From the NCBI GenBank assembly GCA_964564225.1, contig CAZMAF010000001.1, forward strand, positions 78,980-142,132: DNA of 63,153 bases. Direction: 5' to 3'. Shown here in pieces: positions 1 to 10,010 of the stretch. The position numbers and the translations under genes are program-made. A model generated the notes under the pieces. The model did no database searches. It had not been told where the DNA came from and worked only from the letters and a program-made list of their open reading frames with translations. The stretch's first letter is position 1; each line of letters starts with the position of its first letter. This DNA is from an uncultured Lachnospiraceae bacterium. GTDB lineage: Bacteria; Bacillota; Clostridia; Oscillospirales; CAG-272.

Positions 1-624
1 TGGGAAAAGCAATGCAGGGTCGCTGAAGTTTTCATTGAACACACCCTTGCCGCCGTAAGGCTCAAAGAGTTCGATGGGGCTTGAATCCTTGCCCTCTGCC
101 GAAAGCTGAACGTAGATATAGGAGCGAGGCGCATAGGTGTGCGCTGAGTAACCGTCCGAGGTCACGAGCAGCTTTTCCATGCACTCGTAACGTGAAGAAA
201 CGTAGCGGCTGGCAAGGTGGGGATAGGTTTTTCTGATATAGTCGTCTACCTCACGGCAAAATTCGGCATAGCGTTTTTGCTCTGCCGGCGAGGGAAAGAC
301 GGGGCTTTTATAATAGCCTGTTTCGATTTGGGGCAGTGTGATCGGACTGCCTCCTACCTTGCCATCGAGGAAGATGGCGTTTTCGGTGGCGGCGCAAAGG
401 ACGTTTTTCACCGCATCATCCGAAAGATCGGCGGCGGAGGAAAATCCCCAGACACCGTTTTTGAAGGCGCGTGCCGATACTCCCGAGGTGTTGTTCGAGG
501 CGTTGCCGACCTGATTGCCGCAAAACAGCGAAACTGCCGCTGTCATATTACGTTGGGCGCGCAATTCGATATGCGCGCCCTTCGTAAAGGTATTTTTAAA
601 TTGGGATAAGTTGTCTAAAAGCAT
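1..624 (-). CDS. TldD/PmbA-family metalloprotease, N-terminal 208 codons (gene runs off the left edge)
   Basis: Open frame from ATG at 622-624 (GGAG 9 nt upstream) to position 1. My translation MLLDNLSQFKNTFTKGAHIELRAQRNMTAAVSLFCGNQVGNASNNTSGVSARAFKNGVWGFSS resembles TldD/PmbA N-termini. It is absent from the ORF track because it has no stop in the window. Confidence 0.5.
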   Translation of the reverse strand, partial: MLLDNLSQFKNTFTKGAHIELRAQRNMTAAVSLFCGNQVGNASNNTSGVSARAFKNGVWGFSSAADLSDDAVKNVLCAATENAIFLDGKVGGSPITLPQIETGYYKSPVFPSPAEQKRYAEFCREVDDYIRKTYPHLASRYVSSRYECMEKLLVTSDGYSAHTYAPRSYIYVQLSAEGKDSSPIELFEPYGGKGVFNENFSDPALLFP

Positions 625-644
625 CGGTATACTCCGTCAGAATC

Positions 645-2357
645 TTACAGCCAGCTTTCGATGTCAGCTTCGCAAAGCTTTACGGTGTCAGCGCAAGTTG
701 CTTCGTTCTCGCCGTTGATGAGCAGATAGAATTTGATCTTCGGTTCAGTACCGGACGGTCTGACAACTACACTGTTGTTGCCTTCGCACTCGAAGAAGAG
801 TACGTTCGAGGTGGGAAGGTTCGTGGGCGCGGTCTCGCCCGTGGCAAGCGTTGTGATTACGCCCGTTGCGTAGTCGCGCAGAGCGACGACCTTCTTGCCG
901 CCGACGGTTGCGGGGATGTTTTCACGCAGGGTGTTCATCAGCGCTTTCATCTTTTCTGCGCCGTCAAGTCCCTTCATCGTGACGTTGACCGTCTTTTCCA
1001 TAAAGAAACCGTAGGTCTTATACATTTCCACGAGCGCATCGTAGAGTGTCATACCCTTTGCCTTGTAATATGCCGCCATTTCAACGATCAGCATTGAAGC
1101 AACGACCGAGTCTTTATCTCTTGCGTGCGTACCCTTAAGGTAGCCGTAGGATTCCTCAAAGCCGAGTAAGAAGTGACCGTTGCTGACGTCGTCGTGAAGC
1201 TTGATGACCTCGCCGATAAATTTAAAGCCGGTGAGGACGTTGAAGATCTCAATACCGTGCTTGGCGGCGATTTTCGCGGCAAGCTCGGTGGTAACAATCG
1301 TCTTGCAGGCGTAGGGCTTTTCGGGCATCGTTCCCGTGTTTTCATAAGCCGTGAGAACGTAGTCGAGCAGGAGCGCGCCTACCTGATTGCCCGTGATGGT
1401 GACGAATTTGCCTTCGGTATTTCTTACCATAATGCCTACGCGGTCAGCATCGGGGTCAGTGGCAAGCACGAGGTCGGAGCCAACCTTTTCGGCAAGTGCG
1501 ACACCGAGCGAGAGGGCTTCGGGATATTCGGGGTTCGGGCTTTGAACGGTGGGGAAATTGCCGTCGATGACCATTTGTGCGCCGACGGTATAAAGATGCT
1601 TCAGTCCCGAAAGGCGCAGTACCTCGGGAACGAGGCGGTGGCCGCAGCCGTGTAAGGGCGTATATACGACCTTGAGGTCGTCGGCAATGGCGGGGATCGC
1701 ATTCTTATCGACCGCTTCACCGATCACGCACTGAATGAAAGCATCGTCAACGACCGTACCGATGATCTCGATTTTACCTTTGGCGACGGCGGTATCAAAA
1801 TCCATGCGTTTCACACCCTCGAAAATGTCGGTTGCGGCGATGTACGAAGACACAAGGTCGGCCTGCTCAAGAGAAAGCTGTGCGCCGTCTTCCCAATATG
1901 CCTTGTAGCCGTTATATTCTTTCGGATTGTGGGATGCGGTGATGTTAACGCCCGCTACCGTCTTAAGATAACGGATGGCAAAGGATAATACGGGAGTGGG
2001 ACGGAGCGCATCGAAGAAATAGGTCTTGATGCCGTTTGCCGCGAAGACCTCGGCGGTGATCTTTGCAAATAGGGGCGAGTTATTACGCGAGTCGTGCGCG
2101 ATGACGACGCCGTCGTTTTCTCTGCCTTCCTTCAGAATGAGATTGGCAAAGCCTTGCGTGGCGTGAGCGACGGTGTAGACGTTCATGGCGTTAGTACCGG
2201 CGACCATCGTACCGCGAAGACCGCCCGTGCCGAAGGCAAGGTAGGAGATAAAGCGGAATTTGATTTCCTCTTCATCGAGTGAAAGAAGTTCCTTCTTGGT
2301 GGCGTCGTCAACGCTTGTAGCTGCTAACCATCTTTGGTATTCCTGTTTGTAATCCAT
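645..2357 (-). CDS. pgm: Phosphoglucomutase / phosphomannomutase (alpha-D-phosphohexomutase family)
   Basis: 570 aa. Active-site loop TASHNPKEYNGYK, metal loop DPDADR and typical 4-domain length. Confidence 0.9.
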   Translation of the reverse strand: MDYKQEYQRWLAATSVDDATKKELLSLDEEEIKFRFISYLAFGTGGLRGTMVAGTNAMNVYTVAHATQGFANLILKEGRENDGVVIAHDSRNNSPLFAKITAEVFAANGIKTYFFDALRPTPVLSFAIRYLKTVAGVNITASHNPKEYNGYKAYWEDGAQLSLEQADLVSSYIAATDIFEGVKRMDFDTAVAKGKIEIIGTVVDDAFIQCVIGEAVDKNAIPAIADDLKVVYTPLHGCGHRLVPEVLRLSGLKHLYTVGAQMVIDGNFPTVQSPNPEYPEALSLGVALAEKVGSDLVLATDPDADRVGIMVRNTEGKFVTITGNQVGALLLDYVLTAYENTGTMPEKPYACKTIVTTELAAKIAAKHGIEIFNVLTGFKFIGEVIKLHDDVSNGHFLLGFEESYGYLKGTHARDKDSVVASMLIVEMAAYYKAKGMTLYDALVEMYKTYGFFMEKTVNVTMKGLDGAEKMKALMNTLRENIPATVGGKKVVALRDYATGVITTLATGETAPTNLPTSNVLFFECEGNNSVVVRPSGTEPKIKFYLLINGENEATCADTVKLCEADIESWL

Positions 2358-2393
2358 ACGAATATCTCCTTATATTGATATTTGATTTTAAAA

Positions 2394-2660
2394 TTACGTT
2401 TCTTCAAGTGCCGCCGTCAGGGCTTTGGCAAGCTGATCGGGGCAGGACGTACCCTTGTTGCCGCAGTTGATGCCGGAAAGCGCGCCGATAACGTCGGACG
2501 CTTTCTGTCCTTTAACGAGCGAGCAAATACCCTTGAGGTTGCCGTTACAGCCGCCGAGGAAGGATATTTCTTCAATCACGTCGCCGTTAAGTACGACGGT
2601 AATTTCACGCGAGCATGTGCCGCGCGTTTTGTAAACGAAGGTTTTGGACATTGGGATCAT
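2394..2660 (-). CDS. TSCPD-domain small protein (TIGR03905-like 4-Cys protein)
   Basis: 88 aa with GTCSREI...GGCNGNL...GTSCPDQLAKAL, which contains the eponymous TSCPD motif. Confidence 0.75.
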   Translation of the reverse strand: MIPMSKTFVYKTRGTCSREITVVLNGDVIEEISFLGGCNGNLKGICSLVKGQKASDVIGALSGINCGNKGTSCPDQLAKALTAALEET

Positions 2661-2698
2661 CTCTTTTCTTTTGGTAGTATATGAATCTTATTGAATTT

Positions 2699-3583
2699 TC
2701 ATTTCGTCATGTTCCGCCATATTCCGCAAAGGCGGTGGTGGGGATATTCACAGCGAAGGAGAAGCCATATCGGGAACAGCGAGGCGGTACCGGACCGTGT
2801 GAAGATAATACGGTAGGCGTGGGCAAACCCTTCGGTTTCGTCAAGCGCAGCTGCCGTTACGATCGGACAGCCAAGATGCTCAGCCGACAGCATCAGTGCT
2901 GTCAGCGTACGGGGGCTGTCGCTGAAAAGAACTGCCTCCATACGCTCGGCATTGTCAACGGCGATGGGCGTTTGTGCGAAAAGTCCCATCGTCATGGTTT
3001 CGTCTTTGCCGGGCAGGGTGATTTCGCAGGTCAGAGTCAGGGCGAGTTCACAGCGTGATATCTGCCGCGCGATACCTTGGATCATGCCCTCCCTGGAGGA
3101 TGAGATCGGCAGAATGGCAAAGGTGGCAAGCTCGTTGTAGACGTCCCGACATGCCGCGGCGGGCGAGTCGGTATAGTTTGCCGTGGGAGCAGTAAGAAGG
3201 GGAGCGAAGATGCGGAAGGCTTCGTCGGAATAGGCGTTACGGAAATAGACGCATTTGCCTTCCTGCGCCGTTAAGGTTGGTAAAAAGCTGTGGATCGTTG
3301 CCTTTTCGGTGAGTGCTTTAACGGTCTCCGCCGCAAGAAGCGCACGCTCGGTGTGTAAAATTGCATCGGAAAAGCTCTCGGTCGTTTCCGTTTTGTTTTC
3401 AAAAAGCAGAGAAGTGATTTCGTGATAGGAAAGCTCAAGCTCCTCGTCTGTTGCTTCTGTCGTACCGTTGCCGAGCAGAAGCTTTGCCAGCTCGTCGGCA
3501 TAATGGGGAAAGCGACGTGTAAAAAAGGAAAGCTTGCGGTTGTCAAGAGAGAGATTTTCGGCGAGGATCTCTGCATTCTTCAT
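2699..3583 (-). CDS. Hypothetical protein, translationally coupled to htpG
   Basis: 294 aa. Its ATG overlaps the htpG TGA (ATGA overlap at 3581-3585). A weak resemblance to prephenate-dehydratase-like periplasmic-binding folds (AILPISSSREGMI) is not enough for a functional call. Confidence 0.5.
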   Translation of the reverse strand: MKNAEILAENLSLDNRKLSFFTRRFPHYADELAKLLLGNGTTEATDEELELSYHEITSLLFENKTETTESFSDAILHTERALLAAETVKALTEKATIHSFLPTLTAQEGKCVYFRNAYSDEAFRIFAPLLTAPTANYTDSPAAACRDVYNELATFAILPISSSREGMIQGIARQISRCELALTLTCEITLPGKDETMTMGLFAQTPIAVDNAERMEAVLFSDSPRTLTALMLSAEHLGCPIVTAAALDETEGFAHAYRIIFTRSGTASLFPIWLLLRCEYPHHRLCGIWRNMTK

Positions 3584-5433
3584 CAGACGTTACCAAGTGC
3601 TTTACCAAGCAGATCGTAGCCCGATTTGAGAAAATCGCGCATTTCTTCTGCCGTGAGCGAACGTTGTGCCATCGTGGCAAGCGTGAAAATCTGCTTTGCG
3701 GAGAGTTCCGCAAGCGGCGTGTTGATTTTTTCGGCGAGCGAAAGCAGTAAGGGGCTCGTTTGGTTCAGGATTAGCACCGTATCGTCGGGGGTGTTCATAC
3801 CCTCGGGTATCATTCCGCCGTAAAGCTTCATCATATCGGTAAAGCGGCGCGATTCCTCGCTGATTGTCAGAAGCGCGGGAATATCGCTGTCGGTAAGCGC
3901 TTCAAATTTAACGGTGAGCGTTTCGTTGCCGCTGACTCGTTTGAAGAGTGCTACGAGAGCTTCGTTTTCGTATACTTCGTCTTCCTTGCGAAGCGCATCG
4001 GTCGATGCGTCAACGCGCAGGCATTTGATCTTCTTTTCATTTTCAAGAAGGGTGATAAATTGCATATCGAGGGTGGAGGAAAGAATGGCAACGTCAATGC
4101 CCTGATCCTCAAAGAGTTTGATATACTGCGCGCTTACCGTTTTGTCGGTGGCATAGTAGAGTTTGCCCTCGCAGGTGTCCTTCATCTTGTCAAGATATTC
4201 GTCGACTGTGACATATGTGCCGTTTGAAAGCTCAAGAAGAATTGCCGATTTAACGCGCTCGTAGAATTTTTTTTCACGAAGCGCGCCGTATTTTGTAAAG
4301 ATCTGAATATCGTTCCAGAAATTCTCGTAGCGTTCGCGCTCGTTGTTGCAGAGGGAAACGAGCTTGTCAGCGACTTTTTTTGTGATATGCGCTGCAATTT
4401 TCGATACGTAGCCGCTATTCTGAAGATAGGAGCGCGATACGTTCAGAGGCAGCTCAGGGCAATCGAGAACACCGCGCAGCAAGAGGAGATATTCGGGAAT
4501 CACTTCTTTGATATTGTCCGCGACGAAGACCTGATTGTAATAGAGCTTGATCTGTCCTTCGAGGCTTTCGTATTCGTTCTTGATGGCGGGGAAGTAGAGG
4601 ATTCCCTTGAAATTCAAGGGGTAGTCGGCAGAAAGATGGATCTGGAAAAGCGGTTCGCGGAAATCCGAGAATACTTTTTGGTAAAACTCGGTATATTCCT
4701 CATCACTGCATTCCGAGGGTGTTTTGAGCCAGAGAGGTGTTGTGTCGTTGATCGGTGCGGCGGTTTTTTCGCCGTCTTCCGTTTCTTCGCCTTCCACGGT
4801 AAGGAAGATTTCGACGGGCATAAAGGCGCAGTATTTGTCAAGGATAGCGCGGCAGTTTTTCTCATCGAGATATTCTTTGCCTTCGTCGTTTACGTGGAGT
4901 ACGATCGACGTGCCGCGCGAAGCTTTTCCTTCGTAGAGCGACTCGTCGTATTTGCCTGCCTCGTTACAGCGCCAGAGAACCGCGGGGGTGTCTTTATAAG
5001 ATTTCGTGATGACCTCGACCGTGTCGGCAACCATAAACGCCGAGTAGAAGCCAAGACCGAAATGACCGATAATACCGCCTGCATTGTCGCCCTTTTCATA
5101 CTGCTCAATGAAGTCGGCAGCGCCCGAAAGCGCGATGTTGCCGATGTATTTTTCAACCTCGTCGGCTGTCATACCGATACCGTTGTCCGACACCGTCATG
5201 GTGGCATCATCTTTGTTCAACGTGACGGTGACCTTGAAGCTTTCGCTGTCGGAAAGCGTAATCTCACCGAGCGAGTCGAGGCGTTTTAATTTCGTGATTG
5301 CATCGCAGGCGTTGGAAACCAGCTCGCGTAAAAATATTTCTTTTTCGGAGTAAAGCCATTTTTTAATAACGGGGAAAATATGCTCGGTTTTTACCGAAAT
5401 GCCGCCCTTTTTGGCGAACGTGTTGTTTTGCAT
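3583..5433 (-). CDS. htpG: Molecular chaperone HtpG (Hsp90)
   Basis: 616 aa. The N-terminal GHKL ATPase signature is LYSEKEIFLRELVSNACDAITKLR...GIGMT...GHFGLGFYSAFMVA. Confidence 0.95.
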   Translation of the reverse strand: MQNNTFAKKGGISVKTEHIFPVIKKWLYSEKEIFLRELVSNACDAITKLKRLDSLGEITLSDSESFKVTVTLNKDDATMTVSDNGIGMTADEVEKYIGNIALSGAADFIEQYEKGDNAGGIIGHFGLGFYSAFMVADTVEVITKSYKDTPAVLWRCNEAGKYDESLYEGKASRGTSIVLHVNDEGKEYLDEKNCRAILDKYCAFMPVEIFLTVEGEETEDGEKTAAPINDTTPLWLKTPSECSDEEYTEFYQKVFSDFREPLFQIHLSADYPLNFKGILYFPAIKNEYESLEGQIKLYYNQVFVADNIKEVIPEYLLLLRGVLDCPELPLNVSRSYLQNSGYVSKIAAHITKKVADKLVSLCNNERERYENFWNDIQIFTKYGALREKKFYERVKSAILLELSNGTYVTVDEYLDKMKDTCEGKLYYATDKTVSAQYIKLFEDQGIDVAILSSTLDMQFITLLENEKKIKCLRVDASTDALRKEDEVYENEALVALFKRVSGNETLTVKFEALTDSDIPALLTISEESRRFTDMMKLYGGMIPEGMNTPDDTVLILNQTSPLLLSLAEKINTPLAELSAKQIFTLATMAQRSLTAEEMRDFLKSGYDLLGKALGNV

Positions 5434-5490
5434 AAGAAATCCTTTCTTGAAAAAGTCGTGTTTTTGGAAAAATCTTTTTTATCAAACTTT

Positions 5491-5519
5491 ATTATACACA
5501 AATTTTAGCGAAAAGTCAA
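5491..5519 (-). promoter_or_regulatory. Sigma-A promoter of htpG (TTGACT-17-TATAAT)
   Basis: On the minus strand, TTGACT lies at 5514-5519 and TATAAT at 5491-5496 with a 17-nt spacer, about 60 nt upstream of the htpG ATG. Confidence 0.6.
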
Positions 5520-6649
5520 TTGTTCGCGCTCTTTTTCTTCGGATATATTCCGGAATTTATTCCGATTTTCCGATACTCTGTATTTGCCATGATATGACCG
5601 TAATTTATGACGGTTTGAAGGGTACGGTACTTTTTTTCAAAGCTGTCACCGTCAAGTGTCGTGATGAGAAAAAGCGCTTTTTCGGAAAGATGTGAATAGA
5701 GCGTTTTGGAATCGAAAATATCGGTAAGATAGGGTAATACTTTATCAAGATCGCCTTTGATGAAGACAAGATAGCCCTCGGTGAGAAGCGAAGCGGTACG
5801 GAAAAGATCGACGGGCTCAGAGACGTATGCCGGGTTTCGTTCTTTATCCGATGCGTCTGACAGTGCAGTAAGCGCCTCGTCGCAGGAGTTGGCATCGAAT
5901 AGCGATTTTGGTTGAAGCAGCGGTTTGAGCGCGTGAAAACGGGCGGAGAGAGAAATATGAAATTCACGGCGATAGCATTCGGATACGTTTTGGTAAAGCG
6001 TTTTGGCAAGCGCGCGGTCGCCTGACAGCATCAACGCGTAGATCTGATAGTAATGAAAGCTTTCGCAAAAGGGATCAATCGGGACAAGTCTTTGCGCTTT
6101 GCCGTGCGCTTTCTGATATTCGCCTTTGGCAATGAGCAATTCAAGTGCATCGTTGCAAAGCGCGACAAAGGCGCGGTGATAGCGCTCGGCTTCGGGCATC
6201 GTGAAGCTTTCACCTGCAAAAGACGCCAGAAATCTGCCGCGATAAAGTGCCGTTATTTCTTCAAATAATGCGAGCTTTTCCTCGTTTTCCGCGCTTTTGA
6301 AGGCAGTGAGGAGCTTTTCAAAGCGTTCGGTATCTGACGAAAAAACAAGCGTTTGGGAAAAGGCGATACAGCCGTTTTGCAGGATAATGGTTTCTTTTGT
6401 ACCGAAGACTGAGAGCATCCTGCGCAAGCGGTGCAGTGTGGTTTTGACAAGAGATTCATTTTTATATCTTGAAAAATCCTTATCGTTGTGCAGAAAACGG
6501 GAAAATTCTGCCGTTTCAATCACTCTGTTTCGGTTTTTGACAAGATAGGCGAGCGCGCGGAAAAGCCGCCCGGCACGACTTTGTTTTGCGGATAGCGTAA
6601 CATCGTTCTGCGTGAGCGAAAAATCGCCGAAAAAGGTAATATAGATCAT
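5516..6649 (-). CDS. Transcriptional regulator with winged-helix and BTAD/TPR-like (SARP-type) architecture
   Basis: The track ORF is 538 aa, but the credible start is MIYITFFGDFSL at 6647-6649, preceded by GGAGG. The helical BTAD-like region includes ...LYRGRFLA...ERYHRAFV... Confidence 0.6.
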   Translation of the reverse strand: MIYITFFGDFSLTQNDVTLSAKQSRAGRLFRALAYLVKNRNRVIETAEFSRFLHNDKDFSRYKNESLVKTTLHRLRRMLSVFGTKETIILQNGCIAFSQTLVFSSDTERFEKLLTAFKSAENEEKLALFEEITALYRGRFLASFAGESFTMPEAERYHRAFVALCNDALELLIAKGEYQKAHGKAQRLVPIDPFCESFHYYQIYALMLSGDRALAKTLYQNVSECYRREFHISLSARFHALKPLLQPKSLFDANSCDEALTALSDASDKERNPAYVSEPVDLFRTASLLTEGYLVFIKGDLDKVLPYLTDIFDSKTLYSHLSEKALFLITTLDGDSFEKKYRTLQTVINYGHIMANTEYRKIGINSGIYPKKKSANN

Positions 6650-7013
6650 ACAGCCTCCGTTTTTTGCCGTTGCGGTTTTTATTTCCTTTAATAGTATAGC
6701 GTAAAAGATGCGAAAAAGCAAGAAAATTCCCATAAAAACGGAAAAGACGTTTGCATGCGGTCGGCATTCCGCGCAAACGTCTTCTTCGTGAAAAGAGAGA
6801 AATTGAAAAAATTCTTCTTCGTTTTTATTATACCTCATTTTTCTGCATTCGTCAAGACTTAAAAGATAAAAAATGGAATTTTTTTCAAAAAAATTACTGA
6901 ATGTTGTGGTTTGGCTACGTTGCACCACAATATATATGAAAGTTTGTGAAGTGTCTTGCAATTTTCGTAAAACTGTGTTACAATACGCATAAGAAAACAA
7001 TGAGAGGTGGCTT

Positions 7014-7619
7014 ATGGCAAAAAAAGCGTTTGACGGCGCGGTGGTTATGGCGCCCCTTCCTTGCGTTATGGTAACGTCGGGCAGTGTGGATGCGCCAAAC
7101 GTGGCGACGGTGGCTTGGACGGGGATTCTCAATACCCATCCCGCAAAGACCTATATTTCGCTCCGTCCCTCACGCTATTCCTACGGTCTGATCATGGAAA
7201 GCCGTGAGTTCGTGATCAATCTCGTGCCTGCCTCTCTTGTTTCGGCTTGCGATTTTTGCGGCGTGCGCTCGGGCAGGGACGTGAATAAATTTGAACACTG
7301 TCGTTTGACGGCAGTGCCGTCGGTTGAGGTATCGGCACCGACATTGTATGAGTCGCCTCTGTCGCTGGAATGCCGTGTGACCGACATTGTTTCGCTCGGT
7401 ACGCACGACATGCTCGTTGCTGATATTGTGAAAATGACGGTCAGTGAGGACATTATCGACGAAAACGGCAGATTTTGTCTGGAAAAGGCAGACCTTCTCG
7501 CGTATATGCATGGTAATTATTATACGCTTGGTAAAAAGATCGGTTCGTTTGGGTATTCGGTCCGAAAGAAAAAGAAAAAGAAAAAATACACGGCGGGGCA
7601 AAAGCCGCTGAAAAAGTGA
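7014..7619 (+). CDS. Flavin reductase-like (FMN-binding split-barrel) protein with a poly-Lys tail
   Basis: 201 aa. PLPCVMVTSG...NVATVAWTG...FVINL is typical of the flavin reductase domain. The C-terminus is KKKKKKK. Confidence 0.8.
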   Translation: MAKKAFDGAVVMAPLPCVMVTSGSVDAPNVATVAWTGILNTHPAKTYISLRPSRYSYGLIMESREFVINLVPASLVSACDFCGVRSGRDVNKFEHCRLTAVPSVEVSAPTLYESPLSLECRVTDIVSLGTHDMLVADIVKMTVSEDIIDENGRFCLEKADLLAYMHGNYYTLGKKIGSFGYSVRKKKKKKKYTAGQKPLKK

Positions 7620-7664
7620 TTAAACTTGGGTAGTAACGGCAAGTTATGTATCAGGAGGCGTTTT

Positions 7665-8507
7665 ATGACACTGTTGTTATCGTTTATGGCATTATTTTTT
7701 TCGGGCGGCATTTTTTATCTGACGGGGCTCTATACCGTCTGGTATTATTATTTTATTCCGCTCGTTCTCTTTGTTCCGCTTTATTGGCTTTCTTTCGTAC
7801 TCGTCGTGCTTGCGGCAGGTGTTATCGGGCTCTTTTTCTCAAAGAAAAAAGAGGTGGCGAAGCCTTACGGCTTCTTTTATTGGGTCACGGTAAAGGGTAT
7901 TGCCGAGGTGTTGAGATTTCTGCGTGTCAAGGTAGCCGTCACGGGTACTGAAAAATTGCCCGAAGGTACGTTCGTTGCGGTTTATAATCACCGTTCTGGG
8001 ATTGATCCTTTTATTCTGATGACACGCTTGCCCGTTAAGCGCATCGTGATGATCTCGAAACCCGAAAATGAGAAAATTCCTGTTGTCGGTAAGTATATGC
8101 ATTATTCCGGCTTTTTGACGATTGACAGAAAGAGTCCGATGAAGGCGCGCAAAACGGTAGAGCGTTCTGCCGTGTGGGTGCGTGAGGGTATTGCCTCGGT
8201 TGCTATTTCTCCCGAGGGAACACGCAGTAAATCGGGTAAGCTGCTCGCCTTTCGCGCCGCTCCCTTTTCAACGGCGATGAAGGCGCAGTCGCCCCTTGTT
8301 GTGACGACGATGAGAAATACTGAAAAGGTGTTCAAGCGTTTCCCGTGGCGCAGTACGACAGTCGAGCTTCATATCGTTGACGTTTTGTCGGCGGAATTGG
8401 TTTCGTCGCTCGCTTCCTCCGATCTTTCGGCGAAAGTCAGAGAGCTGATGCTTGACGATCTTCACGAGATCGACAGCTTTCCGCCCGTGAAAAAGGAAGA
8501 AGAATGA
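7665..8507 (+). CDS. plsC: 1-acyl-sn-glycerol-3-phosphate acyltransferase
   Basis: The start MTLLLSF follows AGGAGG. The protein has N-terminal TM helices, the acyltransferase HX4D motif (NHRSGID) and a PEGTRS block. Confidence 0.85.
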   Translation: MTLLLSFMALFFSGGIFYLTGLYTVWYYYFIPLVLFVPLYWLSFVLVVLAAGVIGLFFSKKKEVAKPYGFFYWVTVKGIAEVLRFLRVKVAVTGTEKLPEGTFVAVYNHRSGIDPFILMTRLPVKRIVMISKPENEKIPVVGKYMHYSGFLTIDRKSPMKARKTVERSAVWVREGIASVAISPEGTRSKSGKLLAFRAAPFSTAMKAQSPLVVTTMRNTEKVFKRFPWRSTTVELHIVDVLSAELVSSLASSDLSAKVRELMLDDLHEIDSFPPVKKEEE

Positions 8508-8607
8508 CCTGTTTTTTGATAAAATTACGGTAAATCTCATTTTTTATAAAAATCAAGAGCAAGAACACAAGGAAAGCTTCCGTGTGTTCTTGCTCTTTTT
8601 TTGGGGG

Positions 8608-9768
8608 CTATCGCCGTTTTACGCTTAAGTCCTTCAGGGCGTAAATGAGGGCATCGGCATCTTTTTCGGTGTTGAAATAGCCGAAGGAGGCGCGGAGCGC
8701 GCCGATGGCTTCTGTTTTTGTGTGGCGGTGGGCAAGCGGGGCGCAGTGCAGACCGTCGCGCAGAGCAATGCCGCGCTCGTCGAGGAGTTTGGCAACAGTG
8801 GCGGCATCCTTTCGGGCGTGGTTAAACAGTACTGTTCCGAAAGAGGTACGGCGCGGATAATAGACACGTAAATCGGGCAGGGTGAGCAGACGGTCCTTGA
8901 GATAATGGGCAAGATAGGCTTCCTTTTTGCCAATTTCTTCACAAGACGTCTTGTTCACGAAATCAAGTCCCGCTTTGAAGGCGGCAATACACTCGATGGG
9001 AAGTGTACCTGCTTCAAGGCGCTCGGGCAAAAGCGGCGGCATTTTTTCGCTGCGGGAGTCGCTTCCGCTTCCGCCTTCGATGATCGTTTGCAGGCTGTCG
9101 TCGGGAACGCTTTTGGAAAATAGCGCAAAGCCTGCGCCGCGCAATCCGTACAGCCCTTTATGCGATGGCGCACAGAGCGCTGTGATTGACATGGCATTCA
9201 GGTCGATGTCGGCGCTTCCCGCTGACTGCGAAGCATCGACGATGAAAAAGAGCTTTCGTTTTTTGCAAAAGTCGCCGATGGCTTTTAACGGTAGCTCGAC
9301 AGGCAGGCAGTTGGAGCGATGGCATGCAATTACGCCGACGGTATTGGGGCGCAGTCCTTTTTCAAGCGAGGCAAGGACTGCTTCGGTATCTCCGCCGTTT
9401 TCCGCAAAGCTCCGATAGAGGCTGTAACTGACATCCTTTGCGGCAAGAGAGGCAACGGGGCGTAGTGTGGCGTTGTGTTCGACGTCTGAGAGCAGCAGGT
9501 GGCTGTGGTCGGGGGTGAGAGCCTTAACGGTGAGATTTAAGGCGTAGGTGGCGTTTGGGGTAAAGACTACGCGCTCTGCCTCTCCGCCGAAGTGTTCGGC
9601 GATTGCAAGGCGCGTGTCAAACAGAACGTCGGCGGCATTCCGGGCGGCAAAATGCGCCCCTCTGCCCGCGTTTCCGTAAGCGGTTTTCGCTGCTTCGGTA
9701 AAGGCAGCCAAAACCGCGGGTGGCTTCGGGTAGGTGGTGGCGGCGTTATCGAGATAAACGGCAGTCAT
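8608..9768 (-). CDS. Cysteine desulfurase-family class V aminotransferase
   Basis: MTAVYLDNAATTYPKPP start after GGAGG. The PLP-lysine region is APSHKGLYG, and the length fits class V aminotransferases. Confidence 0.8.
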   Translation of the reverse strand: MTAVYLDNAATTYPKPPAVLAAFTEAAKTAYGNAGRGAHFAARNAADVLFDTRLAIAEHFGGEAERVVFTPNATYALNLTVKALTPDHSHLLLSDVEHNATLRPVASLAAKDVSYSLYRSFAENGGDTEAVLASLEKGLRPNTVGVIACHRSNCLPVELPLKAIGDFCKKRKLFFIVDASQSAGSADIDLNAMSITALCAPSHKGLYGLRGAGFALFSKSVPDDSLQTIIEGGSGSDSRSEKMPPLLPERLEAGTLPIECIAAFKAGLDFVNKTSCEEIGKKEAYLAHYLKDRLLTLPDLRVYYPRRTSFGTVLFNHARKDAATVAKLLDERGIALRDGLHCAPLAHRHTKTEAIGALRASFGYFNTEKDADALIYALKDLSVKRR

Positions 9769-9992
9769 TCTTCCTGCCTCCATACCTTTTTATAAGGCAG
9801 ATCCGATACCGTCAGAATATGGGTGGCATCGTTTGCCTTGCGGCAATCAATATCCACACCCCACGCACAGCCTTTATCGGATAACGTGGGCGGTAGTTTT
9901 AAAACGCTCGCCTCGATTTTGTTTGCCGTCAGAACAAGTCTTGCTTTTTGTGCAAATGTCATAGACGGCAGGGTGATGATACATTTGCTCAT
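9765..9992 (-). CDS. DUF3343-like small protein (putative S/Se carrier-associated)
   Basis: 75 aa, overlaps the downstream desulfurase start by 4 nt. Sequence ITLPSMTFAQKARLVL...GCAWGVDI resembles DUF3343. Confidence 0.55.
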   Translation of the reverse strand: MSKCIITLPSMTFAQKARLVLTANKIEASVLKLPPTLSDKGCAWGVDIDCRKANDATHILTVSDLPYKKVWRQEE

Positions 9993-10010
9993 ATTGATTT
10001 CCTTTATCTA

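Noticed and set aside
6650-7132. N-terminal 161-aa extension of the 538-aa ORF 5516-7132
   Set aside because: The extension is low-complexity and AT-rich and overlaps the divergent flavin reductase start. A GGAGG-preceded ATG at 6647-6649 begins the recognisable regulator sequence.
7563-7586. (AAGAAA)n tract encoding the poly-Lys tail of the flavin reductase, as a phase-variation site
   Set aside because: It is imperfect and lies at the extreme 3' end of the gene, so slippage would alter only the tail. It is probably a compositional oddity.
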